Assembly: GCA_963707985.1 (NCBI GenBank)
Contig: CAVPRW010000017.1
Span: 192,001-256,000, forward strand
From: an uncultured Nitrospinota bacterium
GTDB taxonomy: Bacteria > Tectomicrobia > Entotheonellia > J063 > CAVPRW01
Length of the DNA: 64,000 nt
Direction: 5' to 3'
Position numbers and translations under genes: made by a program. Below are positions 10,061 to 21,280 of this stretch, one piece after another; position 1 is the first letter of the stretch; every line of letters begins with the position of its first letter. The notes below the pieces were generated by a model. That model worked only from the letters and a program-made list of their open reading frames with translations, did not search any database and was not told where the DNA came from.

Positions 10061-11553
10061 ATGGCTCGCCCACCAGCACTTTCGTTCGACCGTGGCACGT
10101 TGCTGTTACACCCGCCGCCACCAGGCAAGGCGTGGATCGACTACGTGACTTGGGACGATCGCGTGGAGCGCTTTCGCCTCCCGGCTCTGCACTATCGTCG
10201 TCTCATCGAGGCGCTCACGGCTGAGGGCACGCGGCTGGTGGACCACGCGCCAGCGTTCGAACCGCTCCCGCTGGTGCCCGCGGTGGAGATGGCGCCGTAC
10301 CCCCATCAGCGCGCGGCGCTGGCGGCCTGGCTGGCTGCCGGGAGGCAAGGAGTCATTGTGCTGCCTACCGGGGCCGGGAAGACCTATGTGGCGCAACTCG
10401 CCATGCAAGTCACCCAGCAGAGCACCTTGATCGTGGTGCCGACGTTGGACCTGATGCACCAGTGGTATGCGCATCTTCTGCGCCGCTTTCCCTGATGCAC
10501 CAGTGGGGCTGCTCGGCGGCGGTTCGCACGACCGCACCCCCTTGCTGGTCGCCACCTATGATAGCGCCGCCATCCAGGCTGAAGCCCTCGGCAACCATTA
10601 CGCCCTGTTGATCTTCGATGAGTGCCATCACTTGCCCACCGCCTTCACCCGTGTCATCGCGGAATACTCGCTCGCGCCGTACCGCCTTGGTCTGAGCGCG
10701 ACCCCCGAGCGCAGCGATGGCACCCACACGGACCTGGACGCCCTGATCGGCCCCGAGGTCTACCGCACCTCGGTTGCCGCGCTTTCTGGGACGATCCTCG
10801 CCCCCCATCGTGTGGTGCGGCTCACGGTCAGGCTTTCTCCACGCGAGCGCCGAGTGCTACGACGCGTTGATGGAGACCCGTAACCGCTTCTTGCAATCGT
10901 GCGGCATCCGCCTGGGGAGTGTCACCGGGTGGCAGGCCTTCGTCCACGCCAGCGCGCGCTCCAGAGCCGGACGCCGCGCCATGCTGGCGCATCGCGAGGC
11001 CCGCACCCTGGCCTTCGGGACGGCCGGTAAGCTCCGGGTGTTGGCCGACCTGCTCGTGCAGCACCACCCAGCGCGCACCCTGATCTTCACCGAGGACAAT
11101 GCCATGGTGTATCGGATCGCACGGGAATACCTGATTCCGGCCATCACGCACCACACCCCGGTGAAGGAGCGGCACGATGTCCTGCAGCGCTTCCGCGTAG
11201 GGCATTACCCGGTGGTGGTGACCTCCCGCGTGCTCAACGAGGGGGTGGATGTCCCAGAGGCCAGCATCGCCATCGTCCTCTCCGGCACAGGCTCACGGCG
11301 GGAATATGTGCAGCGCCTGGGTCGCATCTTGCGCCGCCGCGCGGGCAAGCAGGCGGTGCTGTATGAAGTCGTGGCGGAGGCGACGAGTGAAGAGCAGGTG
11401 TCCCGGCGCCGACGAGGGACCCGCGTCAGCCCGGATCGTCAGCGCGACGGGCCTGAGCCTGATCTATTCACCGACAACGAGGGTGATGAACGCTTGGCCG
11501 CACGGACCCAGCCCGGACAGGGGGACGACCGATCTTACCCGCCGAGTTGTTGA
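10061..11553 (+). CDS. SF2 DExH helicase, XPB/Rad25-like (frameshifts ~10485, ~10850)
   Basis: LPTGAGKT, DECHH, LGLSATPER, VLNEGVDVP, QRLGRILR spread over three ORFs. Confidence 0.85.
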
Positions 11554-12749
11554 TCCAGCGCACTCACGGTGAAGCGGTGGTGCCCAGACGGCTGCCCGTC
11601 AATGCCGACACCTTGGGGCTGGCCGCGGACTTGATTGCGCTGTTTCGTGTGGCGCAGGGGCAGACCCGAGGCGAAATCGAGGCCGAGCTCCAGGTCTTGG
11701 AGGGGGACCGGACCGATTACCGCGTGAAACGGGGGCTGGCACACCTGCTGGCCCATGACTTCAGCGCCTTCGAGGTGGGAAGTCCGCTCGAACCGGCTGC
11801 GTTGCGCCAGCGGGTCTTCGCCCTGTCCGCAACCTCGGTCCCCAGTCACCAGCAGAGTCTGGCGACCCTCACAGCGGTGGCGGACGCGCTCACCCGTGAG
11901 CTCATGCGCGACATCGGTCCCGAACAGGTGCGTGCCTGGCTGTATGCCGATCTGCCGGAGGCGCACGTGTTGACCAGTTTCGAGGCGACCACCCCGGAGG
12001 TGCTGCTGGAACGCTACAATCTCGCGCAGGCCCAGGGCGTGCTCTACCGGGCGAGCCACGTCGTCATCACGGCGCACCGCAATGACCCCGGTGAGTACAA
12101 GCTCCTATTTCGTTACCTCAAACTCTTTGGCCTGATGGCGTATATCGAAGGCGATGCCGATCACGGGTTTACCTTGACCATCGATGGCCCCGCGAGTCTG
12201 TTCACGCCCAGCCCTCGATACGGGCTGGCGCTCGCCAAACTCCTCCCGGCGCTGCTGCATGTCACGCGCTGGAGTCTTACCGCCACCCTGGTGCCGCGCC
12301 AGCGATCATCGTCTACCCCCCAGGGCACCCAGTTCACCCTAGAGGCCACCTGTGGCCTGGTGTCGCACTATCCCCCAGGCAAGCCGTACGACAGCATGCT
12401 GGAGCAGGCTTTTGCGGAGCGCTGGGCCAAGACGCCAACACCCTGGCGGCTGGAGCGTGAGGTCGACCTGATCCCGCTGCCTGGGAGTGTCATGGTGCCC
12501 GACTTTCGCCTGGTGCATCCGGACGGCCGCAGCGTCTTGCTCGAAATCGTGGGCTATTGGCGTCCGGAATATCTCCGGAAAAAATTTGCCCAGGTCCGCC
12601 GGGCGGGGCGGGAGGATGTCATCCTCGCGGTGTCCGAGCGCCTCAATCTGGAGCGCGCCGGGGTCAGGCGCGAGGACCTGCCGGCGCGGGTGGTGTGGTT
12701 CAAGGATCGCGTGCTCCCCCAGGCGGTGCTGGCTGTGCTGGAGGGCTAA
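11532..12749 (+). CDS. DUF790 / Bax1-like endonuclease
   Basis: YNLAQAQGVLYRA, IDGPASLF..RYG, PDF...LEIVGYWRPEYL. Start is uncertain: in-frame ATC-LPAELL at 11532 or TTG at 11547. Confidence 0.85.
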   Translation: MLPAELLIQRTHGEAVVPRRLPVNADTLGLAADLIALFRVAQGQTRGEIEAELQVLEGDRTDYRVKRGLAHLLAHDFSAFEVGSPLEPAALRQRVFALSATSVPSHQQSLATLTAVADALTRELMRDIGPEQVRAWLYADLPEAHVLTSFEATTPEVLLERYNLAQAQGVLYRASHVVITAHRNDPGEYKLLFRYLKLFGLMAYIEGDADHGFTLTIDGPASLFTPSPRYGLALAKLLPALLHVTRWSLTATLVPRQRSSSTPQGTQFTLEATCGLVSHYPPGKPYDSMLEQAFAERWAKTPTPWRLEREVDLIPLPGSVMVPDFRLVHPDGRSVLLEIVGYWRPEYLRKKFAQVRRAGREDVILAVSERLNLERAGVRREDLPARVVWFKDRVLPQAVLAVLEG

Positions 12750-12884
12750 GGCTGGGTGGTCATCTCTGCAACCCTTGTCAGCACAGAGACTGGAGCCGCA
12801 TGGCTCAATACGTGCGATTTCCATTCGGTACACACGTGGGAACCCGGTTTTTCAGTGTGATGGCGCGTGTGGGGTTATAAGCGG

Positions 12885-13610
12885 ATGAATGCCATCTTCA
12901 TGTCCTGCCTCACATTTGTCTCCACGTTGCTAGGCGGCTTGTGTGGGTTTCGGTATCGAGACAGGCTGCATCTCATCATTAGCTTCACATCAGGGGTGCT
13001 GATCGCGGTGTGTTTCTTCGATATCCTTCCAGAGATCTTCTCCCTCGCCACAGAACATCACCTTGAGATCACCCCCTCGCTGGTCGCGCTTGTGTTGGGC
13101 TTTTTGTCGATCCACACGCTGGAAAAAGTGGCCGTCATCCATGCGGCGCATGAACATGAATATGCCGAACATCGGCATGCCATGGTCGGTTTGATGGGCG
13201 CCTCTGGGCTCGCCTTCCACAGTGTGCTTGATGGTGTAGGGATTGGCCTGGGCTTTCATGTCAACCCGCAGGTGGGCCTGCTCATTACCATCGCCGTCAT
13301 GGCCCATGATTTCTCAGATGGGTTGAATACTGTGAGTCTTATGCTGCTCCATGGCAACACGCCACGCAAAGCCACGTGGCTGTTACTGATCGATGCGCTG
13401 GCTCCGATTGTCGGAGCGAGCTCCACGTATCTGTTTACCATTCCTGATCACTTATTAACGTTGTACCTGGGATTCTTTGGGGGATTCATTTTGTATATCG
13501 GGGCAAGCGACCTCTTGCCTGAAGCCCACAGCACCCACAGCTCATTCACGATGATCGGGCTGACCATGTTAGGGATGGTCTTCATTTTCGTGGTGACACG
13601 ATTGACGTAA
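12885..13610 (+). CDS. ZIP family metal transporter
   Basis: Multi-TM; HAAHEHE loop, HSVLDG, AHDFSDG, DLLPEAH. Confidence 0.88.
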   Translation: MNAIFMSCLTFVSTLLGGLCGFRYRDRLHLIISFTSGVLIAVCFFDILPEIFSLATEHHLEITPSLVALVLGFLSIHTLEKVAVIHAAHEHEYAEHRHAMVGLMGASGLAFHSVLDGVGIGLGFHVNPQVGLLITIAVMAHDFSDGLNTVSLMLLHGNTPRKATWLLLIDALAPIVGASSTYLFTIPDHLLTLYLGFFGGFILYIGASDLLPEAHSTHSSFTMIGLTMLGMVFIFVVTRLT

Positions 13611-13708
13611 GGGATTGGCGCAAACCCCTGCTCGCTGGAGGGGGCCAGTAATCCCTTCGCATACTGGGAATGGCCAGGGGAGGCAAGGGGCGGGTCAGCA
13701 CATAGCGG

Positions 13709-16700
13709 TCATTGCCCCTCTATCTGGGCCAACGCGGCCTCGGCCTGCGGCAGCCAGAACGTCATGTCCATGGTCCGGTACAGTGCGATGGCCGCCGAGA
13801 GTTCGGCGCGGGCCTCGTCCTGGCGTCCGATCTCGCCATACAGCGTGCCTAGGCCGAGGTGGCAATGGGCCTGGAGCGGACGCATGTGGAGCGCGCCCGG
13901 CAAGCGTTAACGCCTCTCGGTAGGACACCTCGGCCGCCTGGACGTCGGGAGGGGCGGCGTGAGTGTGGACAGAACCAAGCTGGAACAGCGCGCGCGCCTC
14001 ATTCCCATGCGCCTTCTGCTGTCGGGCCAGATCAAGCGCTTGGTCCACGTGCTGCCGGGCGTCGGCGAGGCGTCCGGCCAGGAGGTCGACCACGCTGAGA
14101 TGCGTGACATGAGAGGGGTACGCTAACAGCGCCCCTGTGGCGAGACTAACACCGAGCGCCTCTTTCAGGAGCCTGAGGCCCTCGTCGAGACGTCCTACGC
14201 GGGCATAGGCCTCACCCAGGCCCCCAACGATGTGCATTGACCAGTTCCTGTCGCCAGAGGCGAGCCCGAGGGCCAGGCCCTGGTCGAGCACCTGCACGGC
14301 CGCGTCCCAGTCGCCCTGCTCGAAGTATAGGAGGCCGAGGCACCCATGGGCAATGACCGGGGCCTCGCGTCTTCTATCCACCATGGCCAGGCGGAGCGCC
14401 TCTTCCCCGTGACGTCTGCCCTCGGCAAACTCCCCGAGAACACCCAAAACCCAGGCGAGCCAAGCGCGTGAGAGAATTCCCCAAGAGGATACTCGACTGG
14501 GCGCGCCACGCGCCAACGCCTCCACATTTCCCCGAAAGAACTCGGCTGCCCGGCCAAAGTCGCCCAGGCCAAAGTATGCCTGCCCGAGGCGAAGGGAGGC
14601 TTCGCTCTGTAGAGGGGGATCGCCGAGCAGGCTTGCCAGTTCGAGTGCCTGGCGGCCTGCCGCCATGGCCCCATCAAGGTCTCCCTGGGCTCTGCGTACG
14701 AACGTCAGGGTAGACAATACCTGTCCCAACCGAACTCGGTCGTCGAGCTGTCGAGCCTGCCCTTCGGCCTTGCCTAGCAGGGTGAGACTTCTCGAATACT
14801 CCCCCAACGAGCTCAACGCATATCCTAAGAGGTGGCACAACTCGATGGCGGACCCCGCGGTGTCAGGGGTCTCCGGAAGGTGGCCAAGCGCGTCGAGGGC
14901 CTGTTCATAGCTCGTCACCGCTTCGCGCAAAGATCCGCGGTCGTATGCCTTCGCCCCCGCCTGCCGGGAATAGGCGGCTGCCTTGTCCCACACCTGACCT
15001 CGCATGGCATGATGCGCGAGGCACTCCACCTGTTCGGCGAGGCGGTCAGGGTAGAGCGCTTCGATGGCCTCGACGAGGCGGGTATGGAGAGTCCGCCGCC
15101 TCTCTTGAAGGAGACTCCCATAGGCCACCTCGTGGGTGAGCGCGTGCTTGAACATGTACACGAGCTCGGGGAAGAGATGGGCCTCATAGAGGAACTCGGC
15201 TGCCTGTAGATGCCTGAGACTCCGGCGGAGTGGCTCCTCAGGTCGGCCGGCGATCAGTTGCAGGAGGCCAAAGGGCACCTCGGTGCCGATGACGGCGGCG
15301 GTTTGCAGAAGGCTCTTCTCGCCCACGGGCAAGCGATCAATACGGGCTGCGAGCACCGCTTGCACCGTCGCTGGCATGCGGATGCTCTCCGTAGTCCTCA
15401 TCAGGAGAGACGCCGCCCGCTCACCGACCAGCTCAGGGCTTTCATAGAGGGAGGAGCGTCGTCGAGCCTGCATCAGGCGGTAGGCCCCAAGCTCGCCCAC
15501 AAGAATTTTCGTCTCCACTAGGGTACGCACGCTCTCCTCAAGGAAGAGGGGATTCCCTTCAGTGCGCTCAATCAAACGCCGCGTGAGCAGCTGCAGGCTC
15601 GGGTTGGCGCCGAGCAGAGCCTGGAGGAGGGTGGCAGCCTCTTCAGAAGGCAAGGGGTCAACGCGCAGCTGCGTATAATAGGTCTTTCCACCCCAATGGT
15701 GCTCATACTCCGGCCGATAGCTGACGAGCAGGAGCAGCTGGGCCCCCGCCAAACTCTCGACCAACGTGTCGAGGATGCCCTGGGTTCCGGCGTCGAGCCA
15801 ATGGAGATCCTCAAAAACGAGGAGGAGAGGCTTAAGCTGACTCTCCCACAGTAGTAGACGCTTCACCGCATCCACGGTCCGCTGGCGGCGCTGAGCAGGA
15901 TCGAGGGCCTGCCATTGTGGGGCCTCTGCCGACGCATTCAGCAAGGCCAGCAAGGGTTGCAGCATAGGCTCGAGGCTCGCCTCCAACGCCAGCAGTTTCC
16001 TGGTCAGCTTCTCCCGGATCTGCTCGGGATCGTCGTGATCCGTGAGCTGAAAATAGGTTTTGAGGAGATCGATCACCGGGAGGTAGGGCGTGTCCTCGCC
16101 GTATGAGGCCGCGCGACTCTCGATGATTTGCCAGCCAGGAGGCGGTTGCCGATGCGTAAACTCGTAGATAAGCCTGGACCGACCCACACCCGGCTCACCC
16201 ACAAGCGCCACCACCTGACCGTGGCCCTCCTCGGCCCAGACGAGTGCCTGGCGGAGGCCTGCCAACTCGGTCTCGCGACCAACAAAAGGGGTCAGGCCTC
16301 GTGCGGCGGAAACTTGTAGCCTGGACCGGACCGCCGCGGCCCGGAGTAGCTCGTACGCCTGAACTGGTGTGGTGAGCCCCTTGACTGGCACAGCCCCCAT
16401 CGGCTTCACTTCGAAATATCCCTCAATGAGGCACCACGTCCCGGCCGTCAACAAGATTGTGCCAGGGCGGGCGAGCTGTTCCATCCGCGCAGCGAGATGC
16501 GTGGTCTGCCCTACCGCCGTATAGTCCATGTGCAGATCACTGTCGATCGACCGTACCACGACCTCGCCGGAGTTGAGTCCGATCCGAATCTGCACCTCGA
16601 GTCCTCGCCGCCGGTAGGGTTCCCTGGCATGCCGCTCGACAACCTCCTGCATCACCAGGGCGGCATAACAGGCGCGCACAGCGTGGTCCTCATGGGCAAT

Positions 16701-17165
16701 TGGCGCCCCAAACAGCGCCATGATGCCGTCCCCCATCACCTGATTGACCGTGCCGTCATAGTGATGGACCGCGTCCATCATCAGCGTGAGGATGGGATCA
16801 AGCAGTTGACGCGCCTCCTCTGGGTCCCGGTCGGCCAGCAACTCCATGGACCCTTTCAAGTCGGCGAACAGCACCGTAACCTGCTTGCGCTCGCCTTCAA
16901 GGGTCGCCTTGGAGTGCAGGATTTTCTCCACCAGGTGCGGCGGCGTGTAGGCTTCGGACGTCTGTGAACGCGGCGTCATAGCCTGCGGCCTGCTCATGGC
17001 TGGTTGGTCGATCAGGACAGTGCCGCAGTAATCGCAGTAGGTAGCGCTGGGCCGGCCCACATTCCCACAGCTTGGGCAGGGGCGTGCGAGTGGGCTGCCA
17101 CACGCTTCACAATAGCGCGCCCCTTCCCGGTTCTCATGCTGGCAACGTGGGCAGCGCATGGACAC
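13709..17165 (-). CDS. Double zinc ribbon-class III cyclase-AAA-TPR protein (frameshift ~13895)
   Basis: Same architecture as 1041..4419; C-terminus MDMTFWLPQAEAALAQ lies in ORF 13709..13903. Confidence 0.88.
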
Positions 17166-17251
17166 CCCCCTCCTGAACAGCGGAACGCACGGGTGGGCGG
17201 TGCATGGGCAGGAGTCCCAACACGCGCCCTGCTTATGCGAGGGTCGGATGG

Positions 17252-17299
17252 TGTGTCAGTACTCCAGACGTGGATTGGTGTCAAGCGAAAAGCATGAGG
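17252..17299 (-). promoter_or_regulatory. Second copy of conserved cyclase upstream element
   Basis: cctcatg..TTGACAccaatccacgtctggagTACTGAcac, matching 4511..4557. Confidence 0.55.
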
Positions 17300-17379
17300 G
17301 GACCGGAAAAGGTCAGGTCGTGACCAACGCCGTACGGTGCCCCGTGAGGCCGGTGACGCGGTGGATGCGCCTACTCTCC

Positions 17380-17480
17380 ATGGCCTCGGCAGGTGTCATC
17401 GCTGGCAGGGTGGTGAGCAGGTCTAAGGCGGCGGTCAGGGAGCTGATCGCCTCGGCATAGGCCGAGCGCTCATCGGTGAG
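17380..17480 (-). pseudogene. Small TPR-region fragment of a cyclase-AAA gene
   Basis: ERSAYAEAISSLTAALDLLTTLP resembles the TPR segment of these paralogs. Confidence 0.45.
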
Positions 17481-17542
17481 GTAAAGCCCTCTCACTGTTG
17501 CACCTAGTGATCACCTTGGGGGGGGTGGCATTGGATAATCTT

Positions 17543-20500
17543 CTAGGGAAGCTGCAGATACTGCGACGCGGCCTGCCCTCCCATCGGCACCGTCGCCTTG
17601 CGTTCCAACGTGCCCCACCCGACGATTGTGCCATGCATCGCCGTCAGGGCAGATTTGATGGCCACATAGTACATCAATTGCCGGTAGAGGAACCTTTGAA
17701 ACACCAACCAGATGAGCAGGCTCCAGTCTTCTTTGCGCTCAAGCAGGAAGGCCACGACTGTGGCAAGCAGATCAAGGATGAAGAAGAGCGCATAGTAGAA
17801 CAATACGTGTTGGAAGGTATCGGTCCCAGAGTCGAGTGGGTGTTGAGAGCGCTGCCAGGCCGCGGTAACCAGGGACCCCACCATGAGCAGGTCCATGACC
17901 GGTGCGATCAGCGGAAAGAAAATCTGAAAGATGAGGACGTTCGGCATTGCGACCATCCCCAAGGCGCCGTAGCGTGGGCGAAAAATGGTGTCGCGGTGCT
18001 TCCACGCGGCTTGCAAGGTACCATACATCCAGCGGAACCGTTGCTTTACAAACCCACGTACCGTATCGGGCGCTTCTGTGAACGCCATCGCCTCCTCCTC
18101 GTAGGCGACGGTGTAGCCCAGGCGTAGAAGCGCTAATGTGAGGTCCGCATCTTCGGCCAAGGTCTCATCCACAAAGCCACCAGCCGCTATGAGCAGCTCA
18201 CGGCGCCATGCCCCGACAGCTCCCGGGACAACCGAGATGCAGTTGAGCAGGGCAAAGGCGCGCCGATCAAGGTTCTGGCTGGCGATGTATTCGAGCGCCT
18301 GCCAGTTGGTGATCAAGTTGATGCGGTTGCCGACCTTGGCATTGCCGGCCACCGCCGCCACCTGGGGGTCGACAAAGTGACGGACCAGTTTGCGCACCGT
18401 ATCGTGACGAACGATCGTGTCGGCATCGAGGGTCACCACGATGTCGGCTTGGGTCTGGGCCATGCCATAGTTCAGCGCCTGGGCTTTGCCACCATTGGCC
18501 TGGGTCAAGAGACGCACCCGAGGGTTGAAGCCAAAACTCTCGCGAACGCGTTGGGCCGTGTCATCACATGACCCATCATCAACGACCACGATATCGCCAT
18601 TGGGATAGTCGGAGTCCAACAATGAGCGGATCGTGTGACAGATCACCTTCCCCTCGTTATAGGCTGGGATAATGACGCTGACCGACGGTGCAAACTCGTT
18701 GCTGTAGACGGCACGCCGACTCTGCCAGCGCTCCCACACAGCCAGTGTCCCAATGCAGAGAAAACGCAGCACCCCGAGCGCAATGCCGATGAGAAAGAGA
18801 GTATGGATAATCGTGCTGACCGCGTTTAGCAACAGAAAGCCGACGTCAGTGAGCCACGCGCCGAATCGGGCCTCTGACGGGATGGGTGGCATCACCGCAT
18901 CGCGTGAGAGGCCCAACAGATCCGAGACACGGACCAATTGAAACCCCCGTGCGCGTAACCCCGCAATGATCTGGGGCAACGCTTCGACGGTCTGCGCACG
19001 GTCGCCACCACTGTCGTGCAATAAGACGACATTACCCTCCCCACGCACCGCACCGTTAATGGTCGCCTGCACGATCTGGTCGACGCCGGGATTCCGCCAG
19101 TCACTCGGATCAATTTGCATCCCAATGGTATAGTAGCCCAGGGCTCCGGTCACGAGCAGTGGCTTTACCTGATCGGGCGTTTCGGGTTCCACATCTTCGG
19201 CGTATGGCGGGCGGAACAGCACCGATCGGCGTCCCAGCCGGCTTTCGAAGAGACGTGTCGTGGCACTCAATTCGAGGCTCAAGAGTTGCGGGCTGATCCT
19301 GGCAATATTCGGGTGGGTGAAGGTATGATTGCCAATCTCGTGCCCTTCGTCCACAATGCGTTGGAGCAGCCTGGCGTTGAGATCGCCATTGAGTCCGATG
19401 ACAAAGAAGGTTGCCGGCACCTGTTCGCGGCGGAGCACCTCCAGCACCTGAGGGGTATAACGCGGGTCAGGCCCGTCGTCAAAGGTCAAGGCGATCTTGT
19501 GTGGATCCGCCCCTCCCCAGCGCGTGATCACATACGATGAAGGGTAAGCGCTGAGGTGCTCAGCCGTCACCAAGCCCGATGGCGCATCATAGGTGATCGC
19601 ACGCGTGCCGTCGCTTGGCGTGGCCGTTACCTTGAGCACTTCACCGTGTCCCTCGTAGTCGAGGTCATAGCCATAGTGCACGAGGCGTAACGTGTCGACC
19701 GCTGTCCGATCCAGTTGCGCGCGCTGGGCCAAGACAGGCCAGATCGAGGGATCCTCGGACCCGAGACGCCATAAGGCAAAGCCCCGTGGCCCATATCGTC
19801 GCCCTGCCACCAGTTGATTGAACAACGTGACCCCATCGAGAAACCAGACGTGATGCAACACCTCGTGCTCGTCATAGTAGTCAAAGGTGGGGTTGAGCGC
19901 GACCGGATGGAGGGCAATGTTGCCTTCAGATTCCTGCGCCGTTCTGAAGGCCTCCTGAACAGAGATCTCGGTGGCGGCTTTGCTGGTTGCTTTCCAGTCA
20001 TAACCATAATTGCCCAGCGCAATCACGTACTTCTGTGGTGGGAGCTCGGCAAAGCGACGCCGTAAAGCCGCCGCATACCACTTCTGGGACGCAATGGGCC
20101 CGGCCTTACTGCTACTCCAATGCTCGTCATAGGCCATCAGGATCAGATAATCGGTGGCGCTGGCCAGACCACGATAGTCAAATGCCGGGTCATTGAGGGG
20201 TACGGACTGAGAGACCTCGAGCCCGAGGGGGCGAAACTGGGCGGAGAGTTCGTGCATGAACGTCTTGAGCGCGAGTTGTGCCGCCGCAGGCACATTCTCA
20301 AAATCAATGCTGATGCCCACACAGCCATGGTCACGGACGAACTGGAGGAGATTCTCGATGGCTCGCCCCCGCGCGGCCGGACTGGCAAGCATCGTGGCCA
20401 GCTTCGCACTCTCCCACTCCATGCGTTCCGAATTGAAGTTATTGACCAGCGGGACAATCGGGAAGTCAGGCCTGTGCTTTCGGATGTAGGTCAGCACGTG

Positions 20501-21028
20501 TGTTTGTTGTGCGGGATCGTCGATGGCGAGGGTGCCATCGGCACTGGCTAGGTGCAACCATTCCGGCATCAGCTTATCGAGGTGGGCGAGGTTCTGCTTG
20601 AGCGAGGTGAAGCTCGTATCATCCCAGTTTACATAATAGCCAATGAAGTCCGACGGACCGTGCGGCGCAGATGACTCAGAAGAGGTCACGGGGAGCCGTG
20701 CTTGGGCCCGACTTTTGGTGAGTTTCTGCTTAGCTACCACGAGATTCTGCTTGGCCTGCGCGAGTTTCCGCTTGGCCCGTTGAAATCTCTGCTCCGAGTG
20801 GTTGGGAATGGGTTGCAGCGGGGGCGGAGTGAGGTGATGCCCATGCGGGAAGGCACGAACAGGTGCCAATCCCAAACTTGGCAGCACGGGATTGATCAGG
20901 ATGCTGGCCAGTAGCACCGCGACAATGCACGAGCAAACCGCGGCGATACACTGCACCGCGCGTGTGAAGCGTCGCCAGCGACGACGCTGGGGGTCATAGA
21001 AAATTGAAGGCATATGTTCATCTGACAT
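17543..21028 (-). CDS. GH18-like hydrolase / polysaccharide deacetylase (CE4) / GT2 synthase fusion
   Basis: GISIDFE, MAYDEH, LWRLG; LTFDDGP, HTFTH, RPPY, LLHD; IPAYNE, DDGS, DAD, AED, QRFRW; TM helices. Confidence 0.9.
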   Translation of the reverse strand: MSDEHMPSIFYDPQRRRWRRFTRAVQCIAAVCSCIVAVLLASILINPVLPSLGLAPVRAFPHGHHLTPPPLQPIPNHSEQRFQRAKRKLAQAKQNLVVAKQKLTKSRAQARLPVTSSESSAPHGPSDFIGYYVNWDDTSFTSLKQNLAHLDKLMPEWLHLASADGTLAIDDPAQQTHVLTYIRKHRPDFPIVPLVNNFNSERMEWESAKLATMLASPAARGRAIENLLQFVRDHGCVGISIDFENVPAAAQLALKTFMHELSAQFRPLGLEVSQSVPLNDPAFDYRGLASATDYLILMAYDEHWSSSKAGPIASQKWYAAALRRRFAELPPQKYVIALGNYGYDWKATSKAATEISVQEAFRTAQESEGNIALHPVALNPTFDYYDEHEVLHHVWFLDGVTLFNQLVAGRRYGPRGFALWRLGSEDPSIWPVLAQRAQLDRTAVDTLRLVHYGYDLDYEGHGEVLKVTATPSDGTRAITYDAPSGLVTAEHLSAYPSSYVITRWGGADPHKIALTFDDGPDPRYTPQVLEVLRREQVPATFFVIGLNGDLNARLLQRIVDEGHEIGNHTFTHPNIARISPQLLSLELSATTRLFESRLGRRSVLFRPPYAEDVEPETPDQVKPLLVTGALGYYTIGMQIDPSDWRNPGVDQIVQATINGAVRGEGNVVLLHDSGGDRAQTVEALPQIIAGLRARGFQLVRVSDLLGLSRDAVMPPIPSEARFGAWLTDVGFLLLNAVSTIIHTLFLIGIALGVLRFLCIGTLAVWERWQSRRAVYSNEFAPSVSVIIPAYNEGKVICHTIRSLLDSDYPNGDIVVVDDGSCDDTAQRVRESFGFNPRVRLLTQANGGKAQALNYGMAQTQADIVVTLDADTIVRHDTVRKLVRHFVDPQVAAVAGNAKVGNRINLITNWQALEYIASQNLDRRAFALLNCISVVPGAVGAWRRELLIAAGGFVDETLAEDADLTLALLRLGYTVAYEEEAMAFTEAPDTVRGFVKQRFRWMYGTLQAAWKHRDTIFRPRYGALGMVAMPNVLIFQIFFPLIAPVMDLLMVGSLVTAAWQRSQHPLDSGTDTFQHVLFYYALFFILDLLATVVAFLLERKEDWSLLIWLVFQRFLYRQLMYYVAIKSALTAMHGTIVGWGTLERKATVPMGGQAASQYLQLP

Positions 21029-21280
21029 CCTCTCAAGTATCCCTGCGCTGATGCGCGGTTGATGCGGTAGAAATGGGTTGTCTCACCTCGTCGTGACCAC
21101 CAGTCCCCTCGGCTGCCCGAGAGTGTTCCTTGGTGGGGGGCATACGGCTCATGGAACGGTGCTACCCATCCAACTATGGCACATCACGACGTCGTTCCGC
21201 AAGCTGGACACTGTTGAGGCGCAGGCATGTCGAAGGACGGCTGCTTCAGCTGATCGCCGCCGTGCAGCTCGTACTCAGCA

